Shown: positions 1-9,822 of the stretch, one piece after another
Layout of the letters: each line of letters begins with the position of its first letter
How positions within the stretch are numbered: position 1 is the stretch's first letter
NCBI GenBank assembly: GCA_965219685.1
Contig: CBDCOH010000002.1
Span: 608,001 to 672,000, forward strand
Reading direction: 5' to 3'
Length of the DNA: 64,000 nucleotides
Source of the DNA: Candidatus Spongiisociaceae bacterium
GTDB lineage: Bacteria; Actinomycetota; Acidimicrobiia; Spongiisociales; Spongiisociaceae
Translations under genes and position numbers: made by a program
Notes under the pieces: generated by a model
Told to the model about the DNA's origin: nothing
Seen by the model: the letters and a program-made list of their open reading frames with translations, nothing else
Databases searched by the model: none

Positions 1-2
1 CC

Positions 3-284
3 GCGGATGATTACTTCGCGTCCCGCCCGCGGGAGGCTCAGATCGCGGCTGCTGCGTCCCCGCAGAGCAGGGTGGTGCGTGACCGCGTGGCTCTGGAAGA
101 CCTGGTTGACCAGCGGAGGGTCGAGTACGGAGAGGCGACCATCCCCAGACCGCCGCACTGGGGCGGCTACAAGGTGTGCCCGGAGCGGATCGAGTTCTGG
201 CAGGGGCGGCGCCATCGCCTGCACGATCGCATCGTCTACCGGGCCGACGGCGGATCCTGGCGGAGGGAGCGTCTGGCGCCGTGA
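3..284 (+). CDS. pdxH: Pyridoxine/pyridoxamine 5'-phosphate oxidase, 3' part (5' end outside window)
   Basis: Frame open from position 3: DDYFASRPREAQI...SPQS, PRPPHWGGY, PERIEFWQGR..RLHDR, ending ERLAP; these are PdxH C-terminal motifs. Confidence 0.93.
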   Translation, partial: ADDYFASRPREAQIAAAASPQSRVVRDRVALEDLVDQRRVEYGEATIPRPPHWGGYKVCPERIEFWQGRRHRLHDRIVYRADGGSWRRERLAP

Positions 285-682
285 TCGCGGCGGATGCACG
301 TCTTCCCGGCGCGATGAGGGCCGCGATGATCACCCACGCCGCCGAATCTGCACCCCGCGAGGCCTGCGGGCTGGTCGCATATAACGGTGACGGGCGTCCC
401 GTCAGGCTCTATCGGCTCACCAACGTGCATCCGGATCCAGCCTGCTTCGAGATCGATCCGGTGGAGCATTTCCGGGTGATCAGGGAGTCGGAGGCACGGG
501 GTTGGAGGATCGGGGCGGTTTACCACTCGCACCCGGCCGGCCGGGCCCACCCATCGACGACCGATCTTGAGGCCGGTATCGACCGGGACTGGATATCGTT
601 CATAGTGGGTCGGAGCGCGGATCGGTGGACGGTGGTCCCCTTCGCTATCGGCCGGAGCGGTTCCCGACCCCTTGAGTGGTGA
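281..682 (+). CDS. JAMM/MPN+ (M67, Mec-like) metallopeptidase
   Basis: PREACG and YHSHP...PS.TD JAMM motif; GTG start overlaps pdxH stop (GTGA); stop codon lies inside the heptamer array. Confidence 0.85.
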   Translation: MIAADARLPGAMRAAMITHAAESAPREACGLVAYNGDGRPVRLYRLTNVHPDPACFEIDPVEHFRVIRESEARGWRIGAVYHSHPAGRAHPSTTDLEAGIDRDWISFIVGRSADRWTVVPFAIGRSGSRPLEW

Positions 683-767
683 GTGGTGAGTGGTGAGTGG
701 TGAGTGGTGAATAGTGAATAGTGAATAGTGAATAGTGAATAGTGAATAGTGAATAGTGAATAGTGAA
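673..767 (+). repeat. Heptamer tandem array: TGAGT, GGTGAGT x4, GGTGAAT, AGTGAAT x7
   Basis: Read directly from the sequence. Confidence 0.97.
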
Positions 768-863
768 ATATGGTAACAGTTACTACAACTGGCAACTTGT
801 GGCTGGTGGTCGGTTCGCTCGGTAAATCGTTGACATCGCCGGAGCTTCGACGAAGATGTTCGC

Positions 864-1787
864 ATGGTGTCCGAACATCCACGCGGGATCGAGGGTGAGC
901 CCTCCGCGGCCTCCCACCCATGGTGGGAAGCCGGGTTGGAGGACTACCTGTCGCGCCTCGAGAGTCAGCGCGGCCTGTCCGCCAACACGGTGGTTGCGTA
1001 CCGGCGCGACCTCGAGCAGTTCTTCGACTACCTCGACCTGCGAGGGATCGAGGCCCTCGCGCGGGTCGACCGGAAGGTCATCCGGGGCTTCCTCGGATCG
1101 CTCGATGGACTCGGGTACGCGCGGCGTTCGGTGGCGCGCAAGACCTCCGCCATCCGGGCGTACTTCACCGACTGCGTGAGGCGGGACGCTCTCGATGCCA
1201 ACCCTGCCGCCGGGCTCGCCCGCCCCAAGACACCCCGAACCCTGCCCCAGGCGCTCAGCCGGAGCGACACCGCCTCGATCCTCGACTCGATCGACGGCGA
1301 GGATGCCATGTCGCTGCGCGATCGAGCGGTCCTCGAGACCCTCTACGCGACCGGGCTGCGCGTGTCCGAGTTGGCCTCGCTCAGGGTTGACACCGTGGTC
1401 GGGAAGGACCGGCTGGTGGTCAAGGGGAAGGGAGGTCGCGATCGGGTGATACCCCTGGGTTTCCACGCGCGGGACGCGATCGAGAGGTACCTGCAGGAGG
1501 GACGCCCGGCGCTGGTGCGCGATCGCTCCACTCCGGCGCTCTGGATCGGGGTCCGGGGCGCCGAGATGAGCCCGCGGACGCTGCGCCGGCTGGTCCGGAC
1601 GCGGGCCGGTACCTTCCCCCATGCCCTGCGCCACACCTTCGCCACCCACCTCATTGAAGGAGGGGCCGACCTCAGCACGGTGCAGCAACTGCTGGGACAC
1701 GTCGAGTTGGGCACCACACAGATCTACACGTCGCTGACGCGGCGCCACATGCGCGACACCTACGAACGGAGCCACCCCCGCGCTTGA
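864..1787 (+). CDS. xerC: Tyrosine recombinase XerC
   Basis: GLRVSEL, GKG, HALRH, LGH, TQIY catalytic set; N-terminal SANTVVAYRRDL; located upstream of rpsB as in other actinobacteria. Confidence 0.85.
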   Translation: MVSEHPRGIEGEPSAASHPWWEAGLEDYLSRLESQRGLSANTVVAYRRDLEQFFDYLDLRGIEALARVDRKVIRGFLGSLDGLGYARRSVARKTSAIRAYFTDCVRRDALDANPAAGLARPKTPRTLPQALSRSDTASILDSIDGEDAMSLRDRAVLETLYATGLRVSELASLRVDTVVGKDRLVVKGKGGRDRVIPLGFHARDAIERYLQEGRPALVRDRSTPALWIGVRGAEMSPRTLRRLVRTRAGTFPHALRHTFATHLIEGGADLSTVQQLLGHVELGTTQIYTSLTRRHMRDTYERSHPRA

Positions 1788-1835
1788 GCGGTCCGGTCCC
1801 CGACCGGCGTTCTGGCTTATCGGCACCAGGTGACC

Positions 1836-1959
1836 TACAATCGCGGACGATCACACACGTTCGCCGCAGCCTCCCGCGGTCGGGCTCAGGCCCGGGGAGG
1901 TCCGGAGGCGCCCTCCGGAACGGGCGGACGGAGGCACGAACCAAATGTGAGGAGGCGCG
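1836..1959 (+). promoter_or_regulatory. rpsB promoter (-10 TACAAT at 1836-1841) and S2 autoregulatory leader
   Basis: CACACACGT...ACGGAGGCACGAACC resembles the conserved rpsB leader ends; SD GAGGAGG precedes the TTG start. Confidence 0.65.
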
Positions 1960-2700
1960 TTGTCTGCCGTCACCATGAAGCAGTTGTTGGAGGCCGGTGT
2001 CCACTTCGGTCACCAGACCCGCCGTTGGAACCCCAAGATGGCACCGTACATCTTCGGGGAACGGAACGGTATCCACATCATCGATCTTCGCAGGACCCTG
2101 GAGGAGGTGGCGAGGGCATACGCCTTCGTAAGCGACCTGGTAACCGATGGCGGCACCGTCCTGTTCGTCGGAACCAAGAAGCAGGCGCAGTCCGCGATCC
2201 TGGAAGCAGCTTTGAGCGCCCGCATGCCCTATGTCAACTTCCGGTGGCTGGGTGGGATGCTCACCAACTTCAAGACCATCAACCAGCGGATCTTCTACAT
2301 GAAGGAACTGGCTGCCATGGAGAGCTCGGGTGACATCGAGCAGCTTCCCAAAAAGGAGCGCCTCAGGCTCAGGCGGGAGTACGCCCACTTGGAGCGGACC
2401 CTCGGGGGTGTTGCCGACATGGACAAGCCCCCTTCAGCGCTCTTCGTTGTCGATCTCAACGCCGAGCACATCGCGGTACGGGAGGCCGTCCGGCTCCGGA
2501 TCCCGGTCATCGCGCTGGTCGACTCGAACTGCAATCCGGACGACATCGACTTTGTGATCCCGGGCAACGATGATGCCATCAGAGCGGCCTCCCTGATAGC
2601 GAACACCATCGCCGCGGCGTGCGTGGAGGGCAGGATGGCGGCCATGACGGGAGACGAGGGGGATCCTGAAGTGGATTTCGAGCTCGGCGCCGCCGGATAA
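1960..2700 (+). CDS. rpsB: 30S ribosomal protein S2
   Basis: [38 protein letters not shown]. Confidence 0.99.
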   Translation: MSAVTMKQLLEAGVHFGHQTRRWNPKMAPYIFGERNGIHIIDLRRTLEEVARAYAFVSDLVTDGGTVLFVGTKKQAQSAILEAALSARMPYVNFRWLGGMLTNFKTINQRIFYMKELAAMESSGDIEQLPKKERLRLRREYAHLERTLGGVADMDKPPSALFVVDLNAEHIAVREAVRLRIPVIALVDSNCNPDDIDFVIPGNDDAIRAASLIANTIAAACVEGRMAAMTGDEGDPEVDFELGAAG

Positions 2701-2735
2701 CCGTACGACACGAGACCATTCCAGAGGACAGCGAC

Positions 2736-3356
2736 ATGCCAGATTTCACAGCCAAAGATGTACAGAAGCTCCGTCGAGCCACCGGCGTGGGCATGATGGA
2801 TGCCAAGAAGGCCCTGGTCGAGTGTGGCGGTGACATGGACGCGGCCAAAGGGTGGTTGAGAGAGAAGGGACTGGCCGACGTCAAGAAGAGAGCCGGCCGG
2901 GATGCCAATCAGGGCACGGTGGGCTACTACGTCCACCAGCCCTCCGGATACCCGACCGTGGGGGTGCTCGTCGAGTTGGCGTCCGAGACCGATTTCGTGG
3001 CCAAGAGCGATCAGTTCCAGAAGATGGCTCGCGACCTTGCCATGCACGTTGCCGCGGCCCAGCCCAGGTGGGTGAGGATCGAGGACGTTCCGGAGGAAGT
3101 AGTCGGCAACGAGAAGCAACTGATAGCCCGGGAAGCCCGTGCCTCGGGGAAACCGGAACGGGTCGTCGAGATGATCGTGACCGGCAAGCTCCGGTCCTAC
3201 TTCAAGGACCATGTGCTCTACGAGCAGGAGTTCATCAGGACGGATCAGTACGAGGGTAAGGTCGGTGACATGGTGACGGAACTCGCCGCCGCGATGGGCG
3301 AGAATATCGGGGTGCGTCGGTTCTCACGGATCGCGGTGGGCGAGCGGGAGCTATAG
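2736..3356 (+). CDS. tsf: Elongation factor Ts (short, 206-aa form)
   Basis: VQKLRRATGVGMMDAKKAL, ETDFVAK, GENIGVRRF. Confidence 0.97.
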   Translation: MPDFTAKDVQKLRRATGVGMMDAKKALVECGGDMDAAKGWLREKGLADVKKRAGRDANQGTVGYYVHQPSGYPTVGVLVELASETDFVAKSDQFQKMARDLAMHVAAAQPRWVRIEDVPEEVVGNEKQLIAREARASGKPERVVEMIVTGKLRSYFKDHVLYEQEFIRTDQYEGKVGDMVTELAAAMGENIGVRRFSRIAVGEREL

Positions 3357-4070
3357 ATGGGGCACGCCCGCCGCCGGGTGCTGCTGAAGCTCTCGGGGGA
3401 GGCTTTCGCCGATTCCGATGTCGGCTATGGAATCTCACCGGAGATGGTGCGGCGGGTGGCAGGGGAGATCGCAGAGTCGCAAACGGCCGGACATCAGATC
3501 GGAATCGTTGTCGGCGGAGGGAACATATTCCGCGGCGTGTCGGCCGCAGCGGAGGGTATGGATCCCGCCAATGCCGACTATATGGGAATGCTCGCCACGG
3601 TCATCAACGCCCTGGCACTCAGGGATGCGATCGAAGCGACAGGTGTGGAGTGCCGGGTCCAGTCGGCGATCACGATGCAGCAACTGGCCGAGCCTTACAT
3701 CAGGCTGCGCGCCATCGCCCACCTGGAGAAGGGACGATCGGTGATTTTCGCGGCCGGGAGCGGGAACCCATTCTTCACCACCGATACGGCTGCGGCACTA
3801 CGAGCCATGGAGGTCGGCGCCGAAGTGATGCTGAAGGCGAGCAAGGTGGACGGTATCTACTCGGCCGATCCGGTCCTCGACGATGAAGCCGTGTTCCTCG
3901 ACCAGATCGGCTATATGGACTTCATCTCGTCAGGTTTGCGGGTGATGGACACCACGGCCGTTACCATGTGCATGGACCACAAGCTGCCGATCATCGTGTT
4001 CAGCCTGCTCCATCCGGGGAATATCCTCCGGGCGGTGGCCGGCGAGCCGATCGGCACGAGGGTGTGCTGA
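3357..4070 (+). CDS. pyrH: UMP kinase
   Basis: [34 protein letters not shown]. Confidence 0.98.
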   Translation: MGHARRRVLLKLSGEAFADSDVGYGISPEMVRRVAGEIAESQTAGHQIGIVVGGGNIFRGVSAAAEGMDPANADYMGMLATVINALALRDAIEATGVECRVQSAITMQQLAEPYIRLRAIAHLEKGRSVIFAAGSGNPFFTTDTAAALRAMEVGAEVMLKASKVDGIYSADPVLDDEAVFLDQIGYMDFISSGLRVMDTTAVTMCMDHKLPIIVFSLLHPGNILRAVAGEPIGTRVC

Positions 4071-4089
4071 CTCGTCGGAAGGACATCTG

Positions 4090-4635
4090 ATGCTGGACGA
4101 ACTCCTGGCTGATGCCGCCGAACGCATGGAGTCCGCCGTGCGGCATACTCAGGGGGAGTTCGCCACCTTGCGTACCGGGCGGGCGAATCCGGCCATCCTG
4201 TCGAGGGTGATGGTTGACTACTACGGAGCCCGGACGCCGCTCCATCAGTTGGCCACGACCACGGTGCCCGACCCCCGGATGTTGATCGTCCATCCCTTCG
4301 ATCCAAGTTCTCTGGCCCAGATCGAACGCGCCATCCGCTTGTCGGACCTTGGGCTGAATCCCACCAACGACGGGAAGATCATCCGGTTGGTGTTTCCAGC
4401 CCTGACCGAGGAACGCCGCCGGGATCTGATACGCGTGGCGCGTGGCATCGCCGAGGAAGGTCGCATAGCCATTCGCCATATCCGACGCGGTACTCGCGAC
4501 GACTTGGCAGAACTGGGCGAGTCGGAGGACAGCGTGCGGCGTGCCGAGAAGCAGTTGCAGCGACACACCAATCGCTACGTTGCCAAGACCGACGACCTGC
4601 TGGCCAACAAGGAACGCGAACTGCTCGAGGTCTAG
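4090..4635 (+). CDS. frr: Ribosome recycling factor
   Basis: LRTGRANP, VDYYG, LGLNPTNDG, PALTEERR. Confidence 0.98.
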   Translation: MLDELLADAAERMESAVRHTQGEFATLRTGRANPAILSRVMVDYYGARTPLHQLATTTVPDPRMLIVHPFDPSSLAQIERAIRLSDLGLNPTNDGKIIRLVFPALTEERRRDLIRVARGIAEEGRIAIRHIRRGTRDDLAELGESEDSVRRAEKQLQRHTNRYVAKTDDLLANKERELLEV

Positions 4636-4737
4636 GTGTAAAGGTGCCGGGTGTCAGTACCATGACCACCACAGATACTCGAGGTTTGGCCGGTGCGCGG
4701 TATTCTGAGGCGAGGTCGCGGGCCGGAGGGATTACGT

Positions 4738-5850
4738 ATGGACGGAGAGGGCAAGCCCCCATCGGTCGAGATGGATGATGAGAGTGGTGATGAGAGCCCG
4801 GACGACGGGGGCGCACCGGACCCGGTAGATACCGGCGAGTTCACCGGTCGTGACTACATCCGGTCCACGACCCGCGAGTACAAGGGCTTGGCAGAGTCCG
4901 TTGCGAGGGCCGGTGAGGAGTCGTACGAGCAGTCAGGCGCCGTGGCGCCCGTCCCGGGACTCGGAACCAGCGTTGTGGGGTTCAAGGACATGACGGGTCG
5001 CGAAGAGGACGATCCGGAACAGATCGAGGAGATCGACCGGGCACGGCGCTCGGAGTTGGCTCTGCGGATAGTGACGGGCCTGGCGGTCGTGCTGGCCTTC
5101 TTCGGGACCCTCTACGCAGGTCCGTTGTGGGTGACTCTCTTCCTGGCGGTCCTGATCCTGGTCGCCGTGTCCGAGTTCTACCAGGTTGTGCGATCCGCCG
5201 GGTTCACGCCGGTGGCGTTCATCGGGTTACTCGGTTCGGTCGGAGTGTTCTACACCGCTTGGAATGTCGGCCCCTTCGGGCCGGGTGGAGTGGTCGTGGC
5301 GGTGGTGCTGGCCTCCGGATTCTGGTTCGTGGTGGTTCCTCGCAGCTATCCCCTGGCCAACATAGGGATCACCGTGCTCGGCGTCGCCTGGGTGCCGGTG
5401 CTGGCCTCCTTCGCCATTCCGATCTTCCGGTCTCCCGAAGCCTGGGGCCTGACCACTGCGCTCGTGGTCTTCACCGCTCTCAATGACATCTCCGCTTTCT
5501 CCTATGGACGGGCGTTCGGTAATCACAACATGGCGCCCGTCCTCTCTCCCAACAAGACGTTGGAGGGTTTCATAGGCGCCACCGTGCTGACGATCCTGGC
5601 GGGCATCATCGTGGGACGGTTTGGGCTGCTCGCTCCGCTGACCATGACTTCCTCGGTCGCGTTGGCCGCGGTGATCAGCCTGTTCGGGCCCATAGGGGAT
5701 CTCGCCGAATCCTCGATCAAGAGGATGATCGGGATCAAGGATATGGGGAGCAGCCTCCCGGGGCACGGGGGTGTACTTGACCGGCTGGACGCCTTTCTCC
5801 TCACGATCCCCGGCGCGTACCTCGTCTACGTCTGGTTCGGATACCTGTGA
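4738..5850 (+). CDS. cdsA: Phosphatidate cytidylyltransferase with acidic N-terminal extension
   Basis: SPNKTLEG, GDLAESSIKR..GIKDMG..LPGHGGVLDRLD; start chosen at ATG 4738 after GGAGGG. Confidence 0.93.
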   Translation: MDGEGKPPSVEMDDESGDESPDDGGAPDPVDTGEFTGRDYIRSTTREYKGLAESVARAGEESYEQSGAVAPVPGLGTSVVGFKDMTGREEDDPEQIEEIDRARRSELALRIVTGLAVVLAFFGTLYAGPLWVTLFLAVLILVAVSEFYQVVRSAGFTPVAFIGLLGSVGVFYTAWNVGPFGPGGVVVAVVLASGFWFVVVPRSYPLANIGITVLGVAWVPVLASFAIPIFRSPEAWGLTTALVVFTALNDISAFSYGRAFGNHNMAPVLSPNKTLEGFIGATVLTILAGIIVGRFGLLAPLTMTSSVALAAVISLFGPIGDLAESSIKRMIGIKDMGSSLPGHGGVLDRLDAFLLTIPGAYLVYVWFGYL

Positions 5851-6980
5851 GGTCCGTCGTTGTCCTAGGGGCAACGGGATCGGTTGGTCGCCAGACACTG
5901 GAAGTCGCAGACCGGCTTGGCTTTAGCGTGGAGGGGCTGGCAGCCCGTCGCGCGGGCAGGGAGCTCGAGGAGTTGGCGACTCGCTACGAGCGGGCGGCGA
6001 TAGTGGCGGTCGAGCCCGACGAGGCCGGGCACGCCCGTTACAGGGACCGGTTCGGGAAGCGCTACGGATGGGGCATGGGGGCGCTGGCCGAGTTGGCCGC
6101 CCGGCCCGGCTGCACGGTGGTCAACGGCGTGGTGGGTGCCGCCGGGCTGGAGGCGTCCATCGTCTCCCTTCAGGCCGGAAACCGTCTGGCCCTGGCCAAC
6201 AAGGAGAGCCTTGTGGTAGGCGGCCCCCTCGTGGTGGCGGCGGCGGAGAGCGGGGAGTTGATCCCGGTGGACTCCGAGCACTCCGCTCTCTTCCAGTGCA
6301 TCCATGGTGAGGCGATCCCAGAGGTTTCGAGGCTGCTGCTGACCGCCTCGGGTGGTCCGTTCAGGGGGCGGGACGCCACCGATCTCGCCCGGGTGGGAGT
6401 CGACGAGGCGCTTGCCCACCCGACCTGGCGGATGGGTCCCCGTATCACCATTGACTCGGCCACCCTGGTGAACAAGGGCCTCGAGGTGATCGAGGCACAT
6501 TTCCTGTTCGGGCTCCCGTTCGATCTGGTGGACGTGGTGGTGCATCCCCAGAGCATTGTCCATTCGCTGGTGGAGTTCGTGGACGGGTCCCTAAAGGCCC
6601 ACCTGGGGGTCACGGACATGAGAATCCCCATACAGTACGCCCTCACCTATCCGGCCAGGGCGGAAGGGGTGGTACCTCCCTTCGACCTCACCCGGACCGC
6701 CCTGACCTTCGAACCGGTTGACCGGGTGGCATTCCCTGCCCTGGATCTGGCGTATGCGGCTGGCAGGGGAGGGGGCACCCTCCCGGCCGCCTTCAATGCC
6801 GCCGACGAGGTGGCTGTCGATGCCTTCCTCCGGTCGAGGATCGGCTTCCTCGACATCACCGCCGTGATCGCCGAGGTAATGGAGGACCACGATGCGGTGG
6901 ATGTCGTGTCCATCGACGCGGTCCGCCAGGCCGATCGCGACGCGCGCCGATCCGCAGCCGCCGCGGTGGCGCGACGCTGA
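5847..6980 (+). CDS. dxr: 1-deoxy-D-xylulose 5-phosphate reductoisomerase
   Basis: LGATGSVG, LALANKESLV, PVDSEHSA, LTASGGPF, HPTWRMG. Confidence 0.98.
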   Translation: MRSVVVLGATGSVGRQTLEVADRLGFSVEGLAARRAGRELEELATRYERAAIVAVEPDEAGHARYRDRFGKRYGWGMGALAELAARPGCTVVNGVVGAAGLEASIVSLQAGNRLALANKESLVVGGPLVVAAAESGELIPVDSEHSALFQCIHGEAIPEVSRLLLTASGGPFRGRDATDLARVGVDEALAHPTWRMGPRITIDSATLVNKGLEVIEAHFLFGLPFDLVDVVVHPQSIVHSLVEFVDGSLKAHLGVTDMRIPIQYALTYPARAEGVVPPFDLTRTALTFEPVDRVAFPALDLAYAAGRGGGTLPAAFNAADEVAVDAFLRSRIGFLDITAVIAEVMEDHDAVDVVSIDAVRQADRDARRSAAAAVARR

Positions 6981-6992
6981 CGCGGCGCCGTA

Positions 6993-7051
6993 AACTAGTC
7001 GCGCTAATGCTAACTACCGCCACCAACTAGAAACTATCAAGCAGGAACTAG
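6993..7051 (+). repeat. Partial copy of dispersed CAACTAG-rich intergenic element
   Basis: CTAATGCTAACTACCGCCACCAACTAG...GGAACTAG resembles 18930-18984. Confidence 0.55.
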
Positions 7052-7175
7052 AGACCGATCCTCTACGGCCCGGTCCCGGCGCACCGGCGTTACCGTCCCG
7101 AGTCGCGGATCGACGGCGGGCGTTGGTATTGGCCGCCGATCCGGTGATACTGGTGATGGGCCGGGCCACTGGTCG

Positions 7176-8330
7176 ATGGAGCTGGACAGGCGGGCGACTA
7201 CAGAGAGCAGGGAGGTTCGGGTGCTGGGCGGGATACTGATGGCAGTCGCCATCTCGGTATTCGTGCTGGTTCACGAGGCCGGTCACTTCGTGGCGGCCAG
7301 GGCCACGGGAATGAAGGCCACCGAGTTCTTCCTCGGGTTCGGCCCCCGAATCTGGTCCTTCAGGTGGGGGGAGACGGAGTTCGGGGTCAAGGCCCTCCCC
7401 CTAGGAGGCTATGTTCGCATCGCCGGCATGAACGACCGCGAGTGGGTGCATCCTGCCGATCTCGACCGGACGTACCGGGAGCAGGCGTTCTGGAAGAAGT
7501 CGGTTGTCGTGCTCTCCGGGGTCACCCTCAACGTCGTGCTGGCCTTCTTCCTTCTCTTCGGCCTGTTCTGGGCGACCGGAGTTGTCGAGTCCACCACGAC
7601 CGTGGCTCGGGTGAGTCCCGAGATCAGCGAAGGGGTCGCCTCCCCCGCGGCCGAGGCCGGACTGCGGTCCGGTGACACCTTGACGGCGATCGACGGAGTC
7701 GTCATCTCCGACTGGGATCAGGCCGTGGACGTGATCATGACGCGACCCGGCAAAGCCGTTGTCATCGATCTGGTAAGGGAGGGGGAGCGCCGTGCCACCT
7801 CTGCGACTCTCGGCTCCTACCATCCGGTCACCGGTGAGGCCGTCGGGTTCCTCGGAGTCTCTCCCGGTTCGCGTCGCGTGCCCGTCAGCCCTGTGCGAGC
7901 CGCCGGTCTCGCCACCAGGGCCGAATGGTCTATCTTCACCGGCACGCTGGAGGCAATCGGACGCATCCTGAGGCCGGAGTCCCTGATCGAGTTGGGGGGC
8001 GCCCTGGCAGGACGCAGCGATGTCGCAGATGAGATCCGCCCTGTCAGCCCCATCGGGCTGGTCCAGATCGGGACCCAGGCGACGCGGGTTGGGATCGGGA
8101 ACATGGTGTTCCTGCTGGCGGTGGTGAACGTGACGCTGGCCATATTCAACAGCCTCCCTCTCTACCCGCTGGACGGAGGTCACTTCGCGGTGGCGGTCTA
8201 CGAGAAGCTGACCGGGCGGCGGGTAGACGCCCGCCGACTCATCCCGGTCGCGGTGGCGGTCGTGATGCTCATGGTGTTCCTCGGGCTGGTAGCCGTCGTT
8301 CTCGACATCGTGAACCCCTTGACTCTGTGA
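7176..8330 (+). CDS. rseP: M50 site-2 membrane metalloprotease with PDZ domain (RseP/Rip1)
   Basis: HEAGH, GFGP, LPLGGYV, NSLPLYPLDGGH; start may instead be GTG 7221. Confidence 0.93.
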   Translation: MELDRRATTESREVRVLGGILMAVAISVFVLVHEAGHFVAARATGMKATEFFLGFGPRIWSFRWGETEFGVKALPLGGYVRIAGMNDREWVHPADLDRTYREQAFWKKSVVVLSGVTLNVVLAFFLLFGLFWATGVVESTTTVARVSPEISEGVASPAAEAGLRSGDTLTAIDGVVISDWDQAVDVIMTRPGKAVVIDLVREGERRATSATLGSYHPVTGEAVGFLGVSPGSRRVPVSPVRAAGLATRAEWSIFTGTLEAIGRILRPESLIELGGALAGRSDVADEIRPVSPIGLVQIGTQATRVGIGNMVFLLAVVNVTLAIFNSLPLYPLDGGHFAVAVYEKLTGRRVDARRLIPVAVAVVMLMVFLGLVAVVLDIVNPLTL

Positions 8331-8529
8331 CCTTCACGCTCAACCGGACCGCGAGAAGCTGCTCCGGCGGTGGCACTCTCGGAGCTGGGCCATGAGAGCG
8401 GTCGGTGGGCGGCTCCCGACGGCAGTCGACAGTTCACCGAATGCTTGACACGAATCGGGATGAGGCGGACTCCCGTCGTGGCCGCTTGCCAACTTCTATC
8501 GATTGTCCAGAACCGAGTAGACTTCCTCC

Positions 8530-9744
8530 ATGATGAACCACCGTGACAGGACGCGGCAGATCCATGTAGGCCGGGTTCCGGTCGGTGGCGGCGCGCCGGT
8601 CTCCGTCCAGTCGATGACGACAACCAAGACGGCCGACGTGGACAACACTCTCGCGCAGGTGTACGCACTCGCCGGGGCGGGAGTCGACATCGTTCGGATC
8701 ACCTGCAACGACCTCGCTGCGGCAGAAGGTCTCGCCGAGATAGTCCCGCGTTCTCCGGTTCCGATCATCGCCGACATCCACTACCAATACCGGCTCGCTC
8801 TGGCCGCCCTGGAGGCAGGTGTCCAGGGACTGAGGCTGAATCCGGGCAACATCCGCAAGCCTCACCAGATCCGCGCCGTGGCGAGGGAGGCCAAGGACCG
8901 CGGGATTCCGATCAGGGTGGGGGTGAACGCGGGAAGTCTCGACCGCGACCTGATGGGTCGCTTCGGCTCCGCTACCCCCGAGGCACTGGTCGCCTCCGCT
9001 CTCAAGGAGATCGAGTACCTGGCCGAGGAGGACTTCGACGATATCAAGATCTCGGTCAAGCACTCGCATGTACCGTCGATGGTGGAGTCCTACCGCCTTC
9101 TGGCCGACACCCTCGACTACCCGCTCCATCTTGGTGTGACCGAGGCAGGACCACCACCGGGGGGCTTGATCAAGTCCGTGGCCGGAATCGCCACGCTGTT
9201 GTTGGAAGGTATCGGGGACACGATCCGTTTCTCCCTCACGGCGGACCCCGTGGAGGAAGCCAAGGCCGGCAGGCAACTTCTCGAGTATCTGGACCTGCGC
9301 GAGCGCACCGGGCTGGACCTAATCGCCTGCCCGAGTTGCGGGCGGGCCGAAGTCGACGTGCTGGGGGTGGCGCAGGAGGCTCAGGCCAAGCTGGAGGAGG
9401 CAAGCCTGCCGATCCAGGTAGCGGTCATGGGCTGTGTGGTGAACGGCCCCGGAGAGGCGCGCGAGGCCGACATCGGGATCGCGGCCGGACGCGGTCGTGG
9501 TCACCTGTTCATCAAGGGCAAGGTGGTTCGGGTCGTTCCGGAGGCCGAGATGGTCGACGCCCTGCTCGATGAGGCCCGGAGGCTGGTAGAAGAGGGGGTG
9601 GAAGCCAGGGTGGCGGCCGCCGACCGCCGTGCCGCCCGCGCCGCGGAGCGAGATCGTAGGGTCCTGTTGCAGATACAGGGGGATGCCAACCAGGCGGCTG
9701 TCCGGCGGGCCGCAGTAGCCAAGGTCGCGGCCCGGGACGGCTGA
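8530..9744 (+). CDS. ispG: HMBPP synthase IspG/GcpE
   Basis: SVQSMT, IADIH, RLNPGNI, RVGVNAGSL, ACPSCGR, MGCVVNGPGEA. Confidence 0.98.
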   Translation: MMNHRDRTRQIHVGRVPVGGGAPVSVQSMTTTKTADVDNTLAQVYALAGAGVDIVRITCNDLAAAEGLAEIVPRSPVPIIADIHYQYRLALAALEAGVQGLRLNPGNIRKPHQIRAVAREAKDRGIPIRVGVNAGSLDRDLMGRFGSATPEALVASALKEIEYLAEEDFDDIKISVKHSHVPSMVESYRLLADTLDYPLHLGVTEAGPPPGGLIKSVAGIATLLLEGIGDTIRFSLTADPVEEAKAGRQLLEYLDLRERTGLDLIACPSCGRAEVDVLGVAQEAQAKLEEASLPIQVAVMGCVVNGPGEAREADIGIAAGRGRGHLFIKGKVVRVVPEAEMVDALLDEARRLVEEGVEARVAAADRRAARAAERDRRVLLQIQGDANQAAVRRAAVAKVAARDG

Positions 9745-9822
9745 ACGCCTTACCGGTCCGGGATGCTGAGGGTGGCGCTGGATCCTCTATCCTGCTCGCG
9801 CGATTCCCCTTAGGAGTTTGCG

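Noticed and set aside
864-1787. Phage or island integrase
   Set aside because: XerC-like length and motifs in a housekeeping context; no att-like repeats or cargo genes.
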